From Chrysomallon squamiferum (taxonomy: Eukaryota; Animalia; Mollusca): DNA of 64,000 nt. Shown one piece after another: positions 30,474 to 46,029 of this stretch (position 1 is the first letter of the stretch; the number at the start of each line of letters is the position of its first letter). Location of the stretch: contig CM022669.1 of the NCBI GenBank assembly GCA_012295275.1, positions 5,456,001-5,520,000 of the forward strand, given 5' to 3'. Made by a program: the position numbers and the translations under genes. The notes below the pieces were generated by a model. It saw only the letters and a program-made list of their open reading frames with translations. It had not been told where the DNA came from and made no database searches.

Positions 30474-31025
30474 TAGTAGTAATATTAGTAGTAGTAGCAG
30501 TAGTACTAACAGTTGATGTTGTTGTAACAGCTCATTTTTTAAATAGACATACATGTCTTTTAAAATAATAATAATAATAATAATAAAAAAATAAAAAAAA
30601 AGGAATCTCTAAGTAGTTACTGCAGTATGTTAACAACAATCTCACCCATAACAGTAGTCGGGACTAAATGTTCCAGATAAGACACCTTCGACAATGTTCA
30701 TGTCATGCAAATTAATCGCTGCAGGAGAGTGTAAATTAACAGTCATTGCCGAATATTAACAGGCTTTTGATGGCTAATTTGGAACGAAAATATCAGCAAT
30801 TTTGTTCAACTCATGCCATTCTAATCTTAGCAAGATAAAGCTTGTATCTCAAGATATTAACCACTTGTTCCATATAGATATATAATTTGTACATCAATTC
30901 GTTGGATAAGAGTCCTTCTTCATAAATAAAAGGGTTACTTTCTTATCTTTGACCTAAAATACGTCATTTTTATGTTATTTATTTATTTATTTAAGAAAAA
31001 ATATGTCCGTATAGCAATTCTTTTT

Positions 31026-31266
31026 CCTGCCCAAACAATAAACAATGCTAATCAAATTAGGTTACTTCTAAAAAAAAGAAAGAAAGCTGGACTTTGTAGG
31101 TATTAGGCGTTATCAATACGACCATGGCCGAGTATCTATGTTAATATCGTTTTGCTAATGACGTCACCTCTGACGTCAGTAGATTGATTCTCTTCCGAAG
31201 TCTGTGGGATAAACCAACGCAGAGTTTTTCTTCTAATTACCGCGTTGTCAAGTTGATCTTGTTCTT
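31026..31266. promoter_or_regulatory. Conserved non-coding core, copy 8 of 9
   Basis: Same core. Confidence 0.45.
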
Positions 31267-31389
31267 ATTCATGATGTACTTTAATTTGAGTAAATCATCG
31301 AAAACAAAAACAAAAAGGAAATAGAGAAAGAAGGAGAAGGAGGAACAACAACAAAAATAATAAATAAATTTAAAATATATATATATACA

Positions 31390-31425
<36 letters not shown>

Positions 31426-32362
31426 GCCATCATCGTCATCATTATCCATTTACAATCGATGGTGTTTAAGAAATAGATTTTTCTAAATTATAAACACAGC
31501 TACAATTTTTTATGAAAAACAAACAAACAAAATAAAAACCCGCAAATAATAAAACAGATGATAAAGAAATAAAACTAAATAAATAACATCAACAGATTTC
31601 TTCAGTTATATATAGTGAAAATAACACATTTATTGATATTATCATTTGCTATTTACTTAATATGGGCAAATATTCAATTCTGACTTGCTAACCGTTGGGT
31701 TTAGAGTTACAGAATCCATGATAATGTACGATCTAAAAAAAAAAATTAAGAAAAATGTGTAGTTCCTATTAGTTTACTATAAAATATCAGATATGAATCA
31801 TACTTACTTAATACTGAATATAACAATGACCCAAGACAGGTAAAAATATACGTTGAAACCAAATACAAGATATCTTTAGAATCATATAGTTTTCTTACAT
31901 AGGGAAAGGTATGGTGGTTAGAGTGTACGACATAGTCAGTTAACTGCAAACTTATACATTTTTTACCAATGTTAATCTTAATTTCAAAACTGATTTCTAG
32001 ATCTTGTTTGTAACGATGTCTGGATTTTATCGTAAAGGCAATTTGAGCCAATATTTTTAATATGTGCTATTTATTGGGTTGTTGTGACAAATATAATTTC
32101 AAAATGGCGGATTGACGTCAATGGAGCAGGAAGATATTCAGTACCAAACATTTACTGATTATATTAATTCAGTGGTCAGCAGACTGCTGATATTTATTAT
32201 GACCACTACAAATAATCGACAATGATCGTGATAAATATAAAGAAAAATTAAATAAACAAAACAAGTAAAAGAAAATTTGAATTTATAAGCTTAATAGTTA
32301 AGGTAGCCATTTTGTTTAATTTACGAACAATAAATAATGTGTATTAAAGACATAATCTCTGT

Positions 32363-32425
<63 letters not shown>

Positions 32426-33997
32426 CATCTCTGCAATCAAAAAATAACATAAACATCCGTCTAAATCAAATTTCTCCTGTTCAGTCAGACCTCACGTAAT
32501 TTTGTACACACACGAGAAGTCCAGGAGGTTTTGTTGTGTTTTAAAAACAAATCACGACAAAAGAAATACGCTTAGGTGTTTATTAGTTTGCTCGCTGTAC
32601 TATATCATGCAGGTATTTACAACTCTACTTTTAATTTAATTAATCATTTATTTTATTATGTCCGAGCTTAAAATGTAGAATGTTTGTAGGAAAATAAAAT
32701 GAACCATTATATCGATGCATGCAGAAAATAAAGAAAAAACACAACAAAAATATAAAAGAAAAATCTGTTTCACATGAAGGTTGGAAAGGGAAATTAATAA
32801 AAGTGATGATGATAAAGTATTGTAGAGATTATGATTATATATATATAATTTAATTTTTATTATTATTTTTTTAAGAAAAAGAAGAAAACATTTTTAAATT
32901 AGTATTGGTAAATATAAGATTAAAAACCGAAATATTTACAAGAGATTCTATTAAAAATAAATTTCTGTATACTTGTACACTGAAATGCAATGAAAATTTC
33001 ATCTTTCTGAACTAATTTTTAAACGGGTGAAATATTAAAACGCACAACAACATAACAAAACTAACTTACTCGTTTCAGCACTAAAGCTAGACATAGAATA
33101 CGTTTCCAGGCAACAGAATGAAAGTGACCATACAGCTTTCACAGTTATTTTTTGTTGTGAAAAGGTGCGGTTTGACAGAATCTTCTTGTTACCATTTCAT
33201 TTTATTTTCATATTTTTCTTTTTCTTTTATTCAAAGAAGAAAGCTTCCATTAGCAATCTATCTAAGACATGAAAAATATATTTGTCCTTCGTTTTTATAC
33301 ATATGTATACACATACAAATGTACTAACAAACACACATATACATACACACATACATCCATATATATAACTATTTTGAGAAATATATAGACATATATATAT
33401 ATATATATATATACACATACATACGTACACACAGACATTAACACAGAAATTCACTGCTGTAATAAGGTACTGTATGATATCTTTCATGATATAATTATAA
33501 TCATCGTTAATTACTCTGAGTTAAAAGTTTGTACCTTTTCCAATTAACTGGTGCCAATGTTCTCATGCATGCCAGAAGAACAAACACAGGTGCAAACACA
33601 AAATAATAATGAAAAATATTCTTTTTTATCTTCTGATCATGTTTGGCAATAATGGATATTTTCCTTCACTCTGGCATGATTTGGAATATTTTTCGGAGCA
33701 GACATAGCTACACTTTTGAAAAGGACATTGTATATATGTCTTTAATTATTATTTGTGGAAAAAACAAAAACAACTACAAATTATACTTCTACTCAGAATT
33801 CAGAACCTATTGAATAGTGGTAGTAACTCTAGTTGTATTGGTTGTGGTGTAGTAGAATTTCTTTTTAGCAAATGTAACAGTAGTAGCAGTTTTAGCAGTT
33901 GTAGTAGTCGTATTAGTAGCTCTGGTAGTAGCAGCAGCGGTAGTAATAATACCAGTACTAGTTCTAATACTAATATTTGTTATACTATTAGTGATAT

Positions 33998-34036
<39 letters not shown>

Positions 34037-34596
34037 GAGTAATATTAGTAGTAGCAGCAGTAATAGTAACAGTTGATGTTGTTCTAACTAAATATACCAA
34101 CGTGCCTTTAAAAAAAAAATAATAATAATAATAAAAAAGAATCCCTAAGTAATTACTGCAGTATGTTAACAACAATCTCACCCACAACAGTAGTGAGGAC
34201 TAAATGTTCCAAATAACACACCTTCGGCTATTTTCATGTTATGCAAATTAAAAGCTGCGCGAGACCGTAAATTTACGATCATAGCCGAATATTAACAAGC
34301 TCTTGATGGGCTAATTTGGAACGAAAAGTTCAGCAGTTTCGTTTAACTCCGGCCATTCTAATCTTAGCAGCATAAAGCTGGTGTCTCAAGACAGTAACCA
34401 CTTGTTCCTTTTATATATATATATATATAATTTTATACATCAATTCTTTGGATAAGAGTTCTTCTTTATAAATAAAATGTTTACTATCTTATTTTTGACC
34501 TAAAATACTTCATTTGTATGTTATGTTATGTTATGTTATGTTATGTTATTTATTTGTTTATTTAACCAAAAATATGTCTTTATAGCAATTCTTTTT

Positions 34597-34839
34597 CCTG
34601 CCCAAACAATAAACAATGCTAATCAAATTAGGTTACTTCTAAAACAAAACAAAAAACAGCCGGACTTTGTGGGTATTAGGCGTTATCAATACGACCATGG
34701 CCGAGTATCTATGTTAATAGCGTTTCGCTAAACACGTCACCTCTGACGTCAGTAGATTGATTCTCTTCCGAAGTCTGTGAGATAAACCAACGCAGAGTTT
34801 TTCTTCTAATTACCGCGTTGTCAAGTGCATCTTGTTCTT
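34597..34839. promoter_or_regulatory. Conserved non-coding core, copy 9 of 9 (native position ~1.9 kb 3' of intact FoxQ2)
   Basis: Same core: TAAACAA/AACAATG, CTAATCAAATTAG at ~34619 and CRE; octamer ATGCAAAT at 34241 upstream. Confidence 0.5.
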
Positions 34840-34941
34840 ATTCATGATGTGCTTTAATTTGGGTATATGATCGAAAACAAAAACAAGAAAGAAAATAGAG
34901 AAAGGAGGAGAAGTAGAAACAACAACAAATATAATAAATAA

Positions 34942-34995
<54 letters not shown>

Positions 34996-35169
34996 GCCAT
35001 GATCGTCATCGTTATTATTATCGTCTTCCATATTTTTATCATCATCATTCTTTTACTAACTGGTAAATTTATTTGATTTCTTAAATGTGACTTTAAAAAA
35101 ATATTAGAATCAAATGTATGTATGTATGAATCTGATCTACTTATATATTGAAAAGAGAAAGAGATTGTA

Positions 35170-36050
35170 CAGTATACCCTCACCTATTCGCGGTTCCCCA
35201 TTCGCGGCCCCGCATATTCGCGGGTTAGGCTCTTAACCCTATCGCATAGTATGCTGGTATACCAGGCTAGCGTCATAACGTCATAAAAACAAATGCTCAG
35301 TAAACCGGGTTTTTGTAGGTCATAGAGACTTAAGTGCCTGAAGAGTAGGAATAATTACCTAAAGTGCTGTAAAGCAGCAGCTAAGCTGTGCCATACTGTA
35401 CATTAGTGTTATCATCATCATCGTATGGCACTGCAAATTTCATCATCATTTTATTATCATTCATTATTGGTGACAGCACAAACAATATCAAATTTTTTCA
35501 ATTATTACGTATTAATACAGTACGTATTTTTTTATAAATGCATACACTGTATGTACAGTGCATATTTTTTGTGACCGTGTATTAATAATGTTTTTAATTG
35601 CATATTATTACTGAATTGTATTATTATTACCTGAACTGTGCGTACTGTATTTATCTGTCTGTTTGCCTTTAAATTTGTTCCACTTTCTTTCAATTCTAAT
35701 ACATATGTTGTACGCATAGAAAATGACTTTACGGTACAGTAATACTGTATGGGTAACTATGCTATGCGGTGTTACTGTCCTCCTGTACTTACGTTTCTTT
35801 CTGATTAAAATATTGTTTCAGTACAAAATTAAAATGTGTTTACATTATCATTACTACATTAGTGAAATACATAACTGCATGCAATATTACTACATTATTA
35901 CTGTATTAATGAGTAAGAGTGTCTTTAGAAAGTGTTTGGGAAGCATTTAGTACCGTATATAATCTCATAATAGACGTTTTAAAACTGCGGTTTTTCGCTA
36001 TTCGCGGGGGGGTAAAGAACGTAACCCCCGCGAATAGCGAGGGAATACTG
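35170..36050. mobile_element. Non-autonomous Tc1/mariner-pogo (Tigger-like) DNA transposon / MITE, 881 bp
   Basis: Imperfect TIRs CAGTATACCCTCACCTATTCGCGG ... CCGCGAATAGCGAGGGAATACTG with internal TTCGCGG repeats. TA duplication at 35168-69 and 36051-52. Empty site gagattgTAtatatgtttg at ~25586-25604. No transposase ORF. Confidence 0.92.
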
Positions 36051-36275
36051 TATATATGTTTGTGTTTATTTGTGTAGAGTGTATGTGTGTGTTTCTCTAT
36101 GTGTGTCTGTGTAAACTGTATACATATTTCCATTTTGTTTTCTTTTTCCTGACATATATTTATATATGTAGAAAGAGAGAGAGAGAGTTTTAATGTCTGA
36201 ATTATATGTCAGCGTGTTTGTATTTATGTCTGAGTATGTCTGCATGTGCATATGTCCGTACGTGGTGTTCGTGCA

Positions 36276-36321
<46 letters not shown>

Positions 36322-36436
36322 TAAAGACCTTAGCAATACTTACAAATATTTATAGTTTCACTCAAGTGAAAACAGTTTGCAAACATAATCCAATAAATAA
36401 CAAAACCATTTTTTTCTTATATATTCTTATTCTGTA

Positions 36437-36442
36437 TTTATT
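36437..36442 (-). terminator. Candidate polyadenylation signal of FoxQ2
   Basis: AATAAA on the minus strand ~250 nt after the stop; retained in the paralogous flank near 25965. Confidence 0.35.
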
Positions 36443-36691
36443 AAATAAAATATTCCCTGACAAATAACGTTAAGAAATAACAGGACCAGTATTTACAACG
36501 TAACAGCAATCAATAACAATAACAAAACAAAAATGTGAAATGTTTTCGTTTTGAAAAACAAAAAATATTATTCTCCGATGTCAAAGACTTCACATTAAAC
36601 ACTAACAATATTAACACTATTGCATGCTCACATATCAATGATATCGCACTTAATGGCACAGTGATAAAGTCAAACAATGTTTTGTAAAAAG

Positions 36692-37504
36692 TTAGTAAGA
36701 AAACGCCGTGTAGGCCTGATTAACTTGACCCATTTCTTTGTACATATCGCAATTCCAATTCTGCTGAGACGGCATCATCGAAAGCAGCGACGTCTGAGAC
36801 GACGGCATTTGGCCTGTGTACAGCATCTGTGCAGGAGCCGAGTAGATGTGACTGGGGTACATGGCAGGCGTACTCGAGTAGCAGGGAAAGTTTATCGAGG
36901 CCGCGACGGTCGAGTGGGTCATGGGTACATAGCCCAAATTTTTCCTGTACTCGGAAGAGATGTTGGCAACGCTGACGTCCTTCATGGAACTTTTGCGTGC
37001 ACGGCGACGAGCATGTCGACGTCGGAAGTCGCCTTTGGCGAAGTCGTTTTCGCAAGCTGGATGAACGGACCAATAGTTTCCCTTACCGTTTTCCGCCCGC
37101 CCGCTTTTGATGAAACATTCGTTCAGCGAGAGATTGTGACGTATGCTGTTTTTCCATGCCTTGCTTTTGTCGTTGTAGTACGGAAAGTTGTCGCTGATGT
37201 ACTGGTAGATGTCGCCTAGCAACATCTTCTTTCTTACATCACTGAGGATTGCCAAGGAAATGAGCGCAATGTACGAATGGTCTGGTTTCGATGAACGCAG
37301 ATTTTCAAAGTTATTTGTAGCTGCTTTGTCAAGAGACATCAGGACGTAACTGATGGGGTCCGAAGTGTCCCCGCTGCTGCTGCCCGAGTCGCTGGTCACG
37401 GACAGGGACTCATTTGAGGAGACAGAATTAAGTGGCAACTCCAAAATATCACGTCTCTGATCATTGGTCTGTCCTGTAAGGAAGTCGATGCTGAAGTTAA
37501 TCAT
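36692..37504 (-). CDS. foxQ2: Forkhead box transcription factor, FoxQ2 class, single exon, 270 aa
   Basis: N-terminal eh1/Groucho-binding motif FSIDFL. Complete forkhead domain KPDHSYIALISLAI...LLGDIYQYI...WKNSIRHNLSLNECFIKSGRAENGKGNYWSVHPAC followed by the FoxQ2-typical DFAKGDFRRRHARRRAR. GC-richer than its flanks. Confidence 0.93.
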   Translation of the reverse strand: MINFSIDFLTGQTNDQRRDILELPLNSVSSNESLSVTSDSGSSSGDTSDPISYVLMSLDKAATNNFENLRSSKPDHSYIALISLAILSDVRKKMLLGDIYQYISDNFPYYNDKSKAWKNSIRHNLSLNECFIKSGRAENGKGNYWSVHPACENDFAKGDFRRRHARRRARKSSMKDVSVANISSEYRKNLGYVPMTHSTVAASINFPCYSSTPAMYPSHIYSAPAQMLYTGQMPSSQTSLLSMMPSQQNWNCDMYKEMGQVNQAYTAFSY

Positions 37505-37609
37505 AGCTGGACGATTTTTTCTTTCAACGCTAAAATCTTCTTGTTTCTTTCTTTCTTTTCTAAATCTTTTCTTGCAACAGAAATTACAGTAAGTATTATT
37601 TGAAACAGT

Positions 37610-37705
37610 GAATCTGAAAATGAAATGTCTTGGCCACGTCAGCCTTATATAATGATATGTCGTCTCTTCTGATTGGTCGAATACGTCTTCATTCTGATTG
37701 GCTGA
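37610..37705 (-). promoter_or_regulatory. Core promoter of FoxQ2: two CCAAT boxes, TATA box, Inr-like element
   Basis: Minus strand: CCAAT(CAG) at 37697-37701 and 37672-37676, TATATAA at 37645-37651, TCATTT near 37618-37623 (~25-30 nt after TATA), ~115 nt upstream of the ATG. Confidence 0.7.
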
Positions 37706-37914
37706 TCGTGAAAACTTTCACAGTTTGTCGCGCGCTCACTCCCAACTTGTCACACCAATAATGGCAGGATAAGAGTTGATGATTGACAGAACATAGCTTG
37801 CTAACATTTCGGTTGGGGTGATAACACTAATGAAATTAAATACTAACAAATTCACTATACAGTTCACTGTTGATAATTATGATGATGATAAGATTAAAAA
37901 GAAAAAGAAAAATA

Positions 37915-39400
<1,486 letters not shown>

Positions 39401-40317
39401 TTGATCCGAGAAATTTTGATTTCAAACGACTTCAGTCAGTATCGTAAATCAAACAATTTACAAAATAAACCCAGGCGTCCGATTTAATAAATAAATTATA
39501 ATCAACTTAAGATAACAAATAACTGCGTGTCATTTAATAAATGACCATTAATTAATTTAAGGTAACTGACCACAGTTTATTTAACGCGAGTAAAAGTGTC
39601 AGGTCAAAAACGCACGGAGAACGTACAGGTATGGTTCAGTTCAGGTAAACTGTCAAACACTCAAGGTAATCTCAGGTGATTTAGTTAATTATCTCAGAAA
39701 TATTTTGTTACTTAGCCTGTTAGTAGGCTGACAGTTTTTTGTTTTGTGTTTTTTCTTTCTTACTTCATTTCTTTTTTTTTTTTTTTTTCATAGTTTTATG
39801 ATAGTCTAACCGACTGGGATTCTGACATATTGAGACAAGAGCACTGAAATTGATAATTCAGAAACAAAAGCAGCCAGTAATATAAAATCGCTTGCATTAA
39901 TAATATTTCTCTCTGGAAAATAAAAAGCAGCAAAAATACAAAAAAAAAAAAAAAAAGAGAAAAAAAAGGCTGAAATTTAAAATAGCTATTCAGATGTCCG
40001 AGTAAGGTTCCCAAGCAACAAGAAGAATTATTACAAACAAGCATGTGTTGATTAGCTAATTCTCTAGACCCATCCCTGACAGAAACTGCGCAGTAGAAAA
40101 CTGAAAAAAAGAAAAATAAGAAGCGAATAATAACAACAACCATATTATTATTATTATTATTATTATTATTACTGCTGTAATTACTACAGCCACAACTACT
40201 ACTACTACTATTACTGTTGTTGTTGTTGTTGTCATTTATTTATTTATTTTATTTTTTTTTTTTTTGGATTTTGTCGTCTTCTTCTTCTTTTTATTTCTTC
40301 ATTTTTATTTATTTATT

Positions 40318-40380
<63 letters not shown>

Positions 40381-40388
40381 TATTTATT

Positions 40389-40427
<39 letters not shown>

Positions 40428-40594
40428 GATTTATATAGTTACATTTAGAACATTTTTATTTTTGTATGTTTTCAATAATTAGTGGTTTCCATCTATTTAA
40501 ATAAAATTCACTCCCTGCAATACTATTTTTATTATAATTCCATGAAAATATTTAGCATAGGGTAACTGAGTAAAGATTTTATTTTATTAAATAA

Positions 40595-40640
<46 letters not shown>

Positions 40641-41269
40641 GTAAAATGAAGTAAATAAATAAATAACGTCGTTTGAAACTGAGTATTCCTGGATCTACTA
40701 GAGCACTGATCTGAGAAATGAAACAGTTGACTTCAATTTTTTTTTTTTTTAAACTGTTTACGATCGCTAAAGAAATAACTGGTAACTGTCAAAAGATATC
40801 ACCAGCTTTGTCCTGCTCAAATGAATAGCGGATTCAACTCGGCATATGACCCGTTACAGTATTCACAGGATATATGTTTACTGAATTACTAGTTACTGAC
40901 TTAAGATATAAACTTTTTCTTGCTCATGTTTATACAAAAGGACCATATTTATATTAAAAGAAATATATTTAGGTGAAAAAAAAAAAATATAAAAATAATC
41001 TATATGATGGGATTTATTATTCAAGCTAACTGAAAATTATTTGTTATTATTATTAATCGTTGTCAGATACAAATTTGGGTACAGATTGATATATTCAGTA
41101 AAACAGAAAGCAAACACAAATTTTATTTTAAAATAGAACAAAAACCAAAAGGTTAAATAACTTTGATATACTTCTCCCAGAAATGAAATTCTTAAAATAA
41201 AAAAAAAAATAAAAAAAAATATAAATATAAAATATAAAATAAAATAAAATAAAATAGATACATAAGAAG

Positions 41270-41318
<49 letters not shown>

Positions 41319-42415
41319 AAAAAAAAAAAAGTAAGTAAGTAAGTAAGTAAATAAATAAATAAATAAATAAATAAATAGCAGTAATAACTGATATTTATTT
41401 ATAACCTGCTTCTGTTAATAGATGTAGTGAATATTCTGGAATGGCTATGTTTACGGTTGTCAAACAACACGCAAAATTAGAACTTAGAAACTAATATTTT
41501 CAAACTGAGCAGAAAACATTTTAGGAATTCTGCTTTATATTATTGAACGTTTTAATTTTATTTATTTTTTTAAATTATATATATATATATATATATAATT
41601 ACCTTTATCTATTATTTTTTTTCATTATTAACTTCATATATTAATACAGTAATAATAAAATGAATTGATTTTGTTGACAATAAAAAAAGTTTACAAAATT
41701 AAATTCATTTAACATTTTAGTGTAAAAATCTATTTTCAATATCTTTATGACGTCAATCCGTCATTGTGATATTTGTATCTGAGTTTACTACACAAAAATC
41801 TGTTCCTTTAATTTTTTGTAAATATATCCACCATTGAAAGTGAGATGTTTGGTAAATACATTTGTTTGTGCTGTAAACTGAGAAAAAATAACTGTATTAT
41901 AATAGATTTTCACATTAAAATATTGACTGAATTTGACTTTTTAAAACTGTCTTCATTATCAAAAACAAAGATGATTTTTATTATTTATTCTTTATTCTTT
42001 TGAATTAATTTATGAACTTAATAGAAGAGAAAAAATTATAAATAAAGGTAATTAAATGACATATATTATTTAAAAAATAAACAAATTAAAATATTCATAA
42101 CATAAAAGAGGATTTCTAAAATGTTTCTGCTTATGAAATCAAAAAAGAAAATAAACATTCGTATATTATTATTGTGTTCACAAACATTTAATTTTAATTT
42201 TCCTAGCTTAGTGGGCTTTAAAATATGTATGTATGTATTTATGTTATTATCTATGTATGTTTGTATGTGTATGTATCTATCTATATATGTATATATATAT
42301 ATATATGTGTGTGTTTGTGTTTGTATGTGTGTACGTATGTATATAAGTATGTAAGCATGTGATTTTATGTATGTATGTACGTATGTATGTATATCTGTGA
42401 ATATTTGTATGTATG

Positions 42416-42469
<54 letters not shown>

Positions 42470-43265
42470 AGAGTTGTGATAATTTTAAATTTAACAAAAT
42501 GTTGTATATTAAATAATAACCACAATGACAAATTTACTGCAGTTGACACACACACACCACACACAATCATATACATACACTGAAACATACACAAATATAT
42601 TTAATAAATATCCAATACTGAAAAGGATAAAATGAAATGACACGCGCATACAAAACAAACAAAACAAACAAACAAATATATAAATAAATGCACTCGATAC
42701 TCTTTCACAAATGGAATCTGGCTTATATCCATCTTCCAGAAAGAAAGAAGAAGTTTGCTTTGTTTTTGAAACTTTTACAATACTAACATTATAAAAACAG
42801 AATAGCAGTTGTAATTATATGATAATTATATATTAAATAATTTTAATTTTCTTATAATTATAATCTCTGTACTACTTGAAGTGGTTATCAGCAAAGGAGC
42901 TTTTACAAACGAGAAAAGACCAAATGGAGACTTGAGGGGGAAAATGATCATCTGATCGAAGTCATCGTTCTTTGAAAGTAGAGCAGTAACTAACTATAGT
43001 TTAAATTAGCTGCTTCTAACAGAAAACAAGAAAAACAGTTTTTACGTTGCACATTTTTCAGAATCTATCTACGAATTCCTCTTTGCCTAGCAATACGAAA
43101 GTCTGAAAGCTGACAAGATTTTGTTATCTTTCTGGTACAAAAACCAATCTTGGCTCATATAAATTGCGCAGCAAAAAAATAAATAAATAAATAAATACAA
43201 ATTAGAATTACGTTTATTTTCATTTTCAGGAAAACAAAATTGATATATAATTTGAAATATATATA

Positions 43266-43301
<36 letters not shown>

Positions 43302-43447
43302 TGTATGTATGTATATCTATATGTTTGTGTGTGGGTGTATATATATACATATATATAAGTGTATGTATATGCATATATATATGTGTATGTATATGCATAT
43401 GCATATGTATATGTATGTATTTTTGTGCGTATGTCTCTGTGTATGTG

Positions 43448-43504
<57 letters not shown>

Positions 43505-43890
43505 GTATATATGTATGTATGTATGCATGCATATTTGTGTGTGGGTGTGTGTAAGAGTATCTAAGAATGTTGTATGTACAAGAATGTTTCATTTGTAACA
43601 GGTATGAGAATATTTTATGTGTAGCACATGTATTAGAACGTTATAGAAGAAAGCTATATATGTATAAGCACGTTTTGTTTGTCCAATGCAAATATAAAAA
43701 GTATTTTATATGTCCAATTCTTATGTAAAGATTTTATGTATCTTATGCTTATGTAAGGATTTTTATCTTCTTAATACATGTCTTTTATGCATATCCGTTT
43801 GTTAGACAGATTGAAATTCTTTCTATAACAAAATTAATCAATTTTTAACATAAAATATGTGTTTTCAAATAAATAAATACATTTGCGTAC

Positions 43891-44104
43891 CTGGGTCGTT
43901 ATATGCAAACCCCTACGCATGTTGGAGTACACACCGTATACGTCACAAAGATCTGCGTACGTCTCTGAACAAACAGTTTCAGCACAAATTTCATTCTTAA
44001 ATATGGAGCCATCTTCTTCTTTTGATAGGGAATTAATTTGTGTGGAGTATTTAATTTTTGCTTCGATAACATTAGACGAAAACCGTCCAGTTTTGTCTTT
44101 CATT
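43891..44104 (-). other. Possible isolated coding exon of an unidentified (perhaps decayed) gene
   Basis: Non-repetitive open frame MKDKTGRFSSNVIEAKIKYSTQ...RGLHITTQ, bounded by tttatag| and CAG|gtacgc on the minus strand; no family recognised. Confidence 0.3.
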
Positions 44105-44615
44105 CTATAAATCATATAAGATATAATATCTTATTTTAAAGGTTTACTACTTTGATAGTATGAAATAACAACGATTACGATAATCCACATTTATCTGCCA
44201 TGATTAATTATCACTAAATTTTCGGCCAAAAGGTTGGCTGTTTCGACTAAACTGTTATATTGGACAGGACCCTTTTCAAATGGCATGCCTGAGAAATGAA
44301 GTTATTTCACAAATAGGATTTCTCACAAAGAGAATGTCTCGCAGATGGGATGTGTTACAAATGGTACGCCCAGACGATTATAAAACAATGTACAATAATT
44401 ATACGAAGGATTCGCATTAATTGCTTTCTATCTGAAAAGAAAAACATTTTTAATAAAATGTTCTGTCTGTATCTCAATGAAATATCGAGTCTTTTATATG
44501 GTTGTTTTTGTGTGTTTGTTTGTTTGTTTCTTTGTTTCTTTGTTTGTTTCTTTGTTTGTTTGTTTCTTTGTTTGTTTGTTGATGTTGTTGTTGTTGTTAT
44601 TATTATTATTATTAC

Positions 44616-44658
<43 letters not shown>

Positions 44659-44900
44659 TGTACATGTATATGAATTGAAGGACTAATCAAAGAAATAGTT
44701 ATTATTCTCAAATTGTTTTTCCTAATTTGGTACAGAATTTCTTGTTGCTAGGCATTATATGCCATATAAATTACGTTTAAATTCAGATCAGAAAGCGTTG
44801 TATCCATAGATACAAGAACATAACTATTGCCGTGCAATGCCGTTATACATTCCTGTTGACGAGAGAAGTAAAGTCATCGACTTCATCATCATCATCATCA

Positions 44901-44944
<44 letters not shown>

Positions 44945-45434
44945 GTACATTTGAGAGAAAATTTTAAAAAAAGAAAGACTTTACGGCAAAAGTAAAATGG
45001 AATATGTTATAAATTATTTATAACAGAGTCCTAAAGAAAAGAAAAAGGTTTTATTATTTTATTAAATGTATTTGGTTTGTTCCATAATTAAGATTTTTAT
45101 ACATCGTTTTTCGTTCTCTTTTGGTATCAGTCCGCGATATTTGTGTTACAATCTGCAAAGCTTTTCTTTTTCTTTACTTGGTTTTGTCAGTCTTTATCTA
45201 TATTAGAAAGCATAGATTTAATACCTATATTCGTTATTTTAAAAACAAGTATTATATTTACCGTCCAAAAATAACTTTATTTAATTAACGTCTTTATCAC
45301 CATGTTTAATATCTATCTGACTGTCTGACTATCTATCTATTCTTCTATCCATTTATCTATCTAACTACCTATCTATTCATCTATCTATTTATCTATCTAA
45401 CTACCTATCTATAACTCACACACAACACGCACAG

Positions 45435-45482
<48 letters not shown>

Positions 45483-45983
45483 AGATAGTTAAATATTTAA
45501 TGTGTTTATTATTTTAAATGTTTTGTCGCCCATTAAAGAGAAAATATCATAATCATAAAATTAATTACACTGTGTACTTTGTAAATGAACAAAATACAAA
45601 GAATATCATCCACTGTGTATGTAATAACAACTATATATATATACATACAGTCCCAGTGAGAGTATGAGTAAAGAAATCATGTTGTGCCGATTACTTTTGG
45701 CAACCGCTGTTTGTTAATAATAAAGTAGGACGAGAAAAGAAAAAAATTCATAAAATACACGATGTCAGACATCTTTCTGAAAATATAACTGTAGTTAAGT
45801 GAATAAAATGAAATGAAATAAATTTAACTTTAAAAATAATAATTATTAAAAAAAAAATAATAAACTGATAAACTGAAAAGACATTATAAAAATGGTTCAG
45901 TACACTCAGTCTTTCGGGATTTTTGTACAAACCTGTGTATAACATGAGAAACAAGCAATAAGAAGAAGAAGAAGAAGAAGAAG

Positions 45984-46029
<46 letters not shown>

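Noticed and set aside
36677-37219. Plus-strand and alternate-frame ORFs over FoxQ2 and its fragments
   Set aside because: Shadow ORFs of GC-rich coding sequence
41160-43560. Poly-A and (TA)/(TATG)n tracts with Tyr/Ile/His-rich ORFs
   Set aside because: Simple repeats; no adjacent retro-element body or target-site duplication identified
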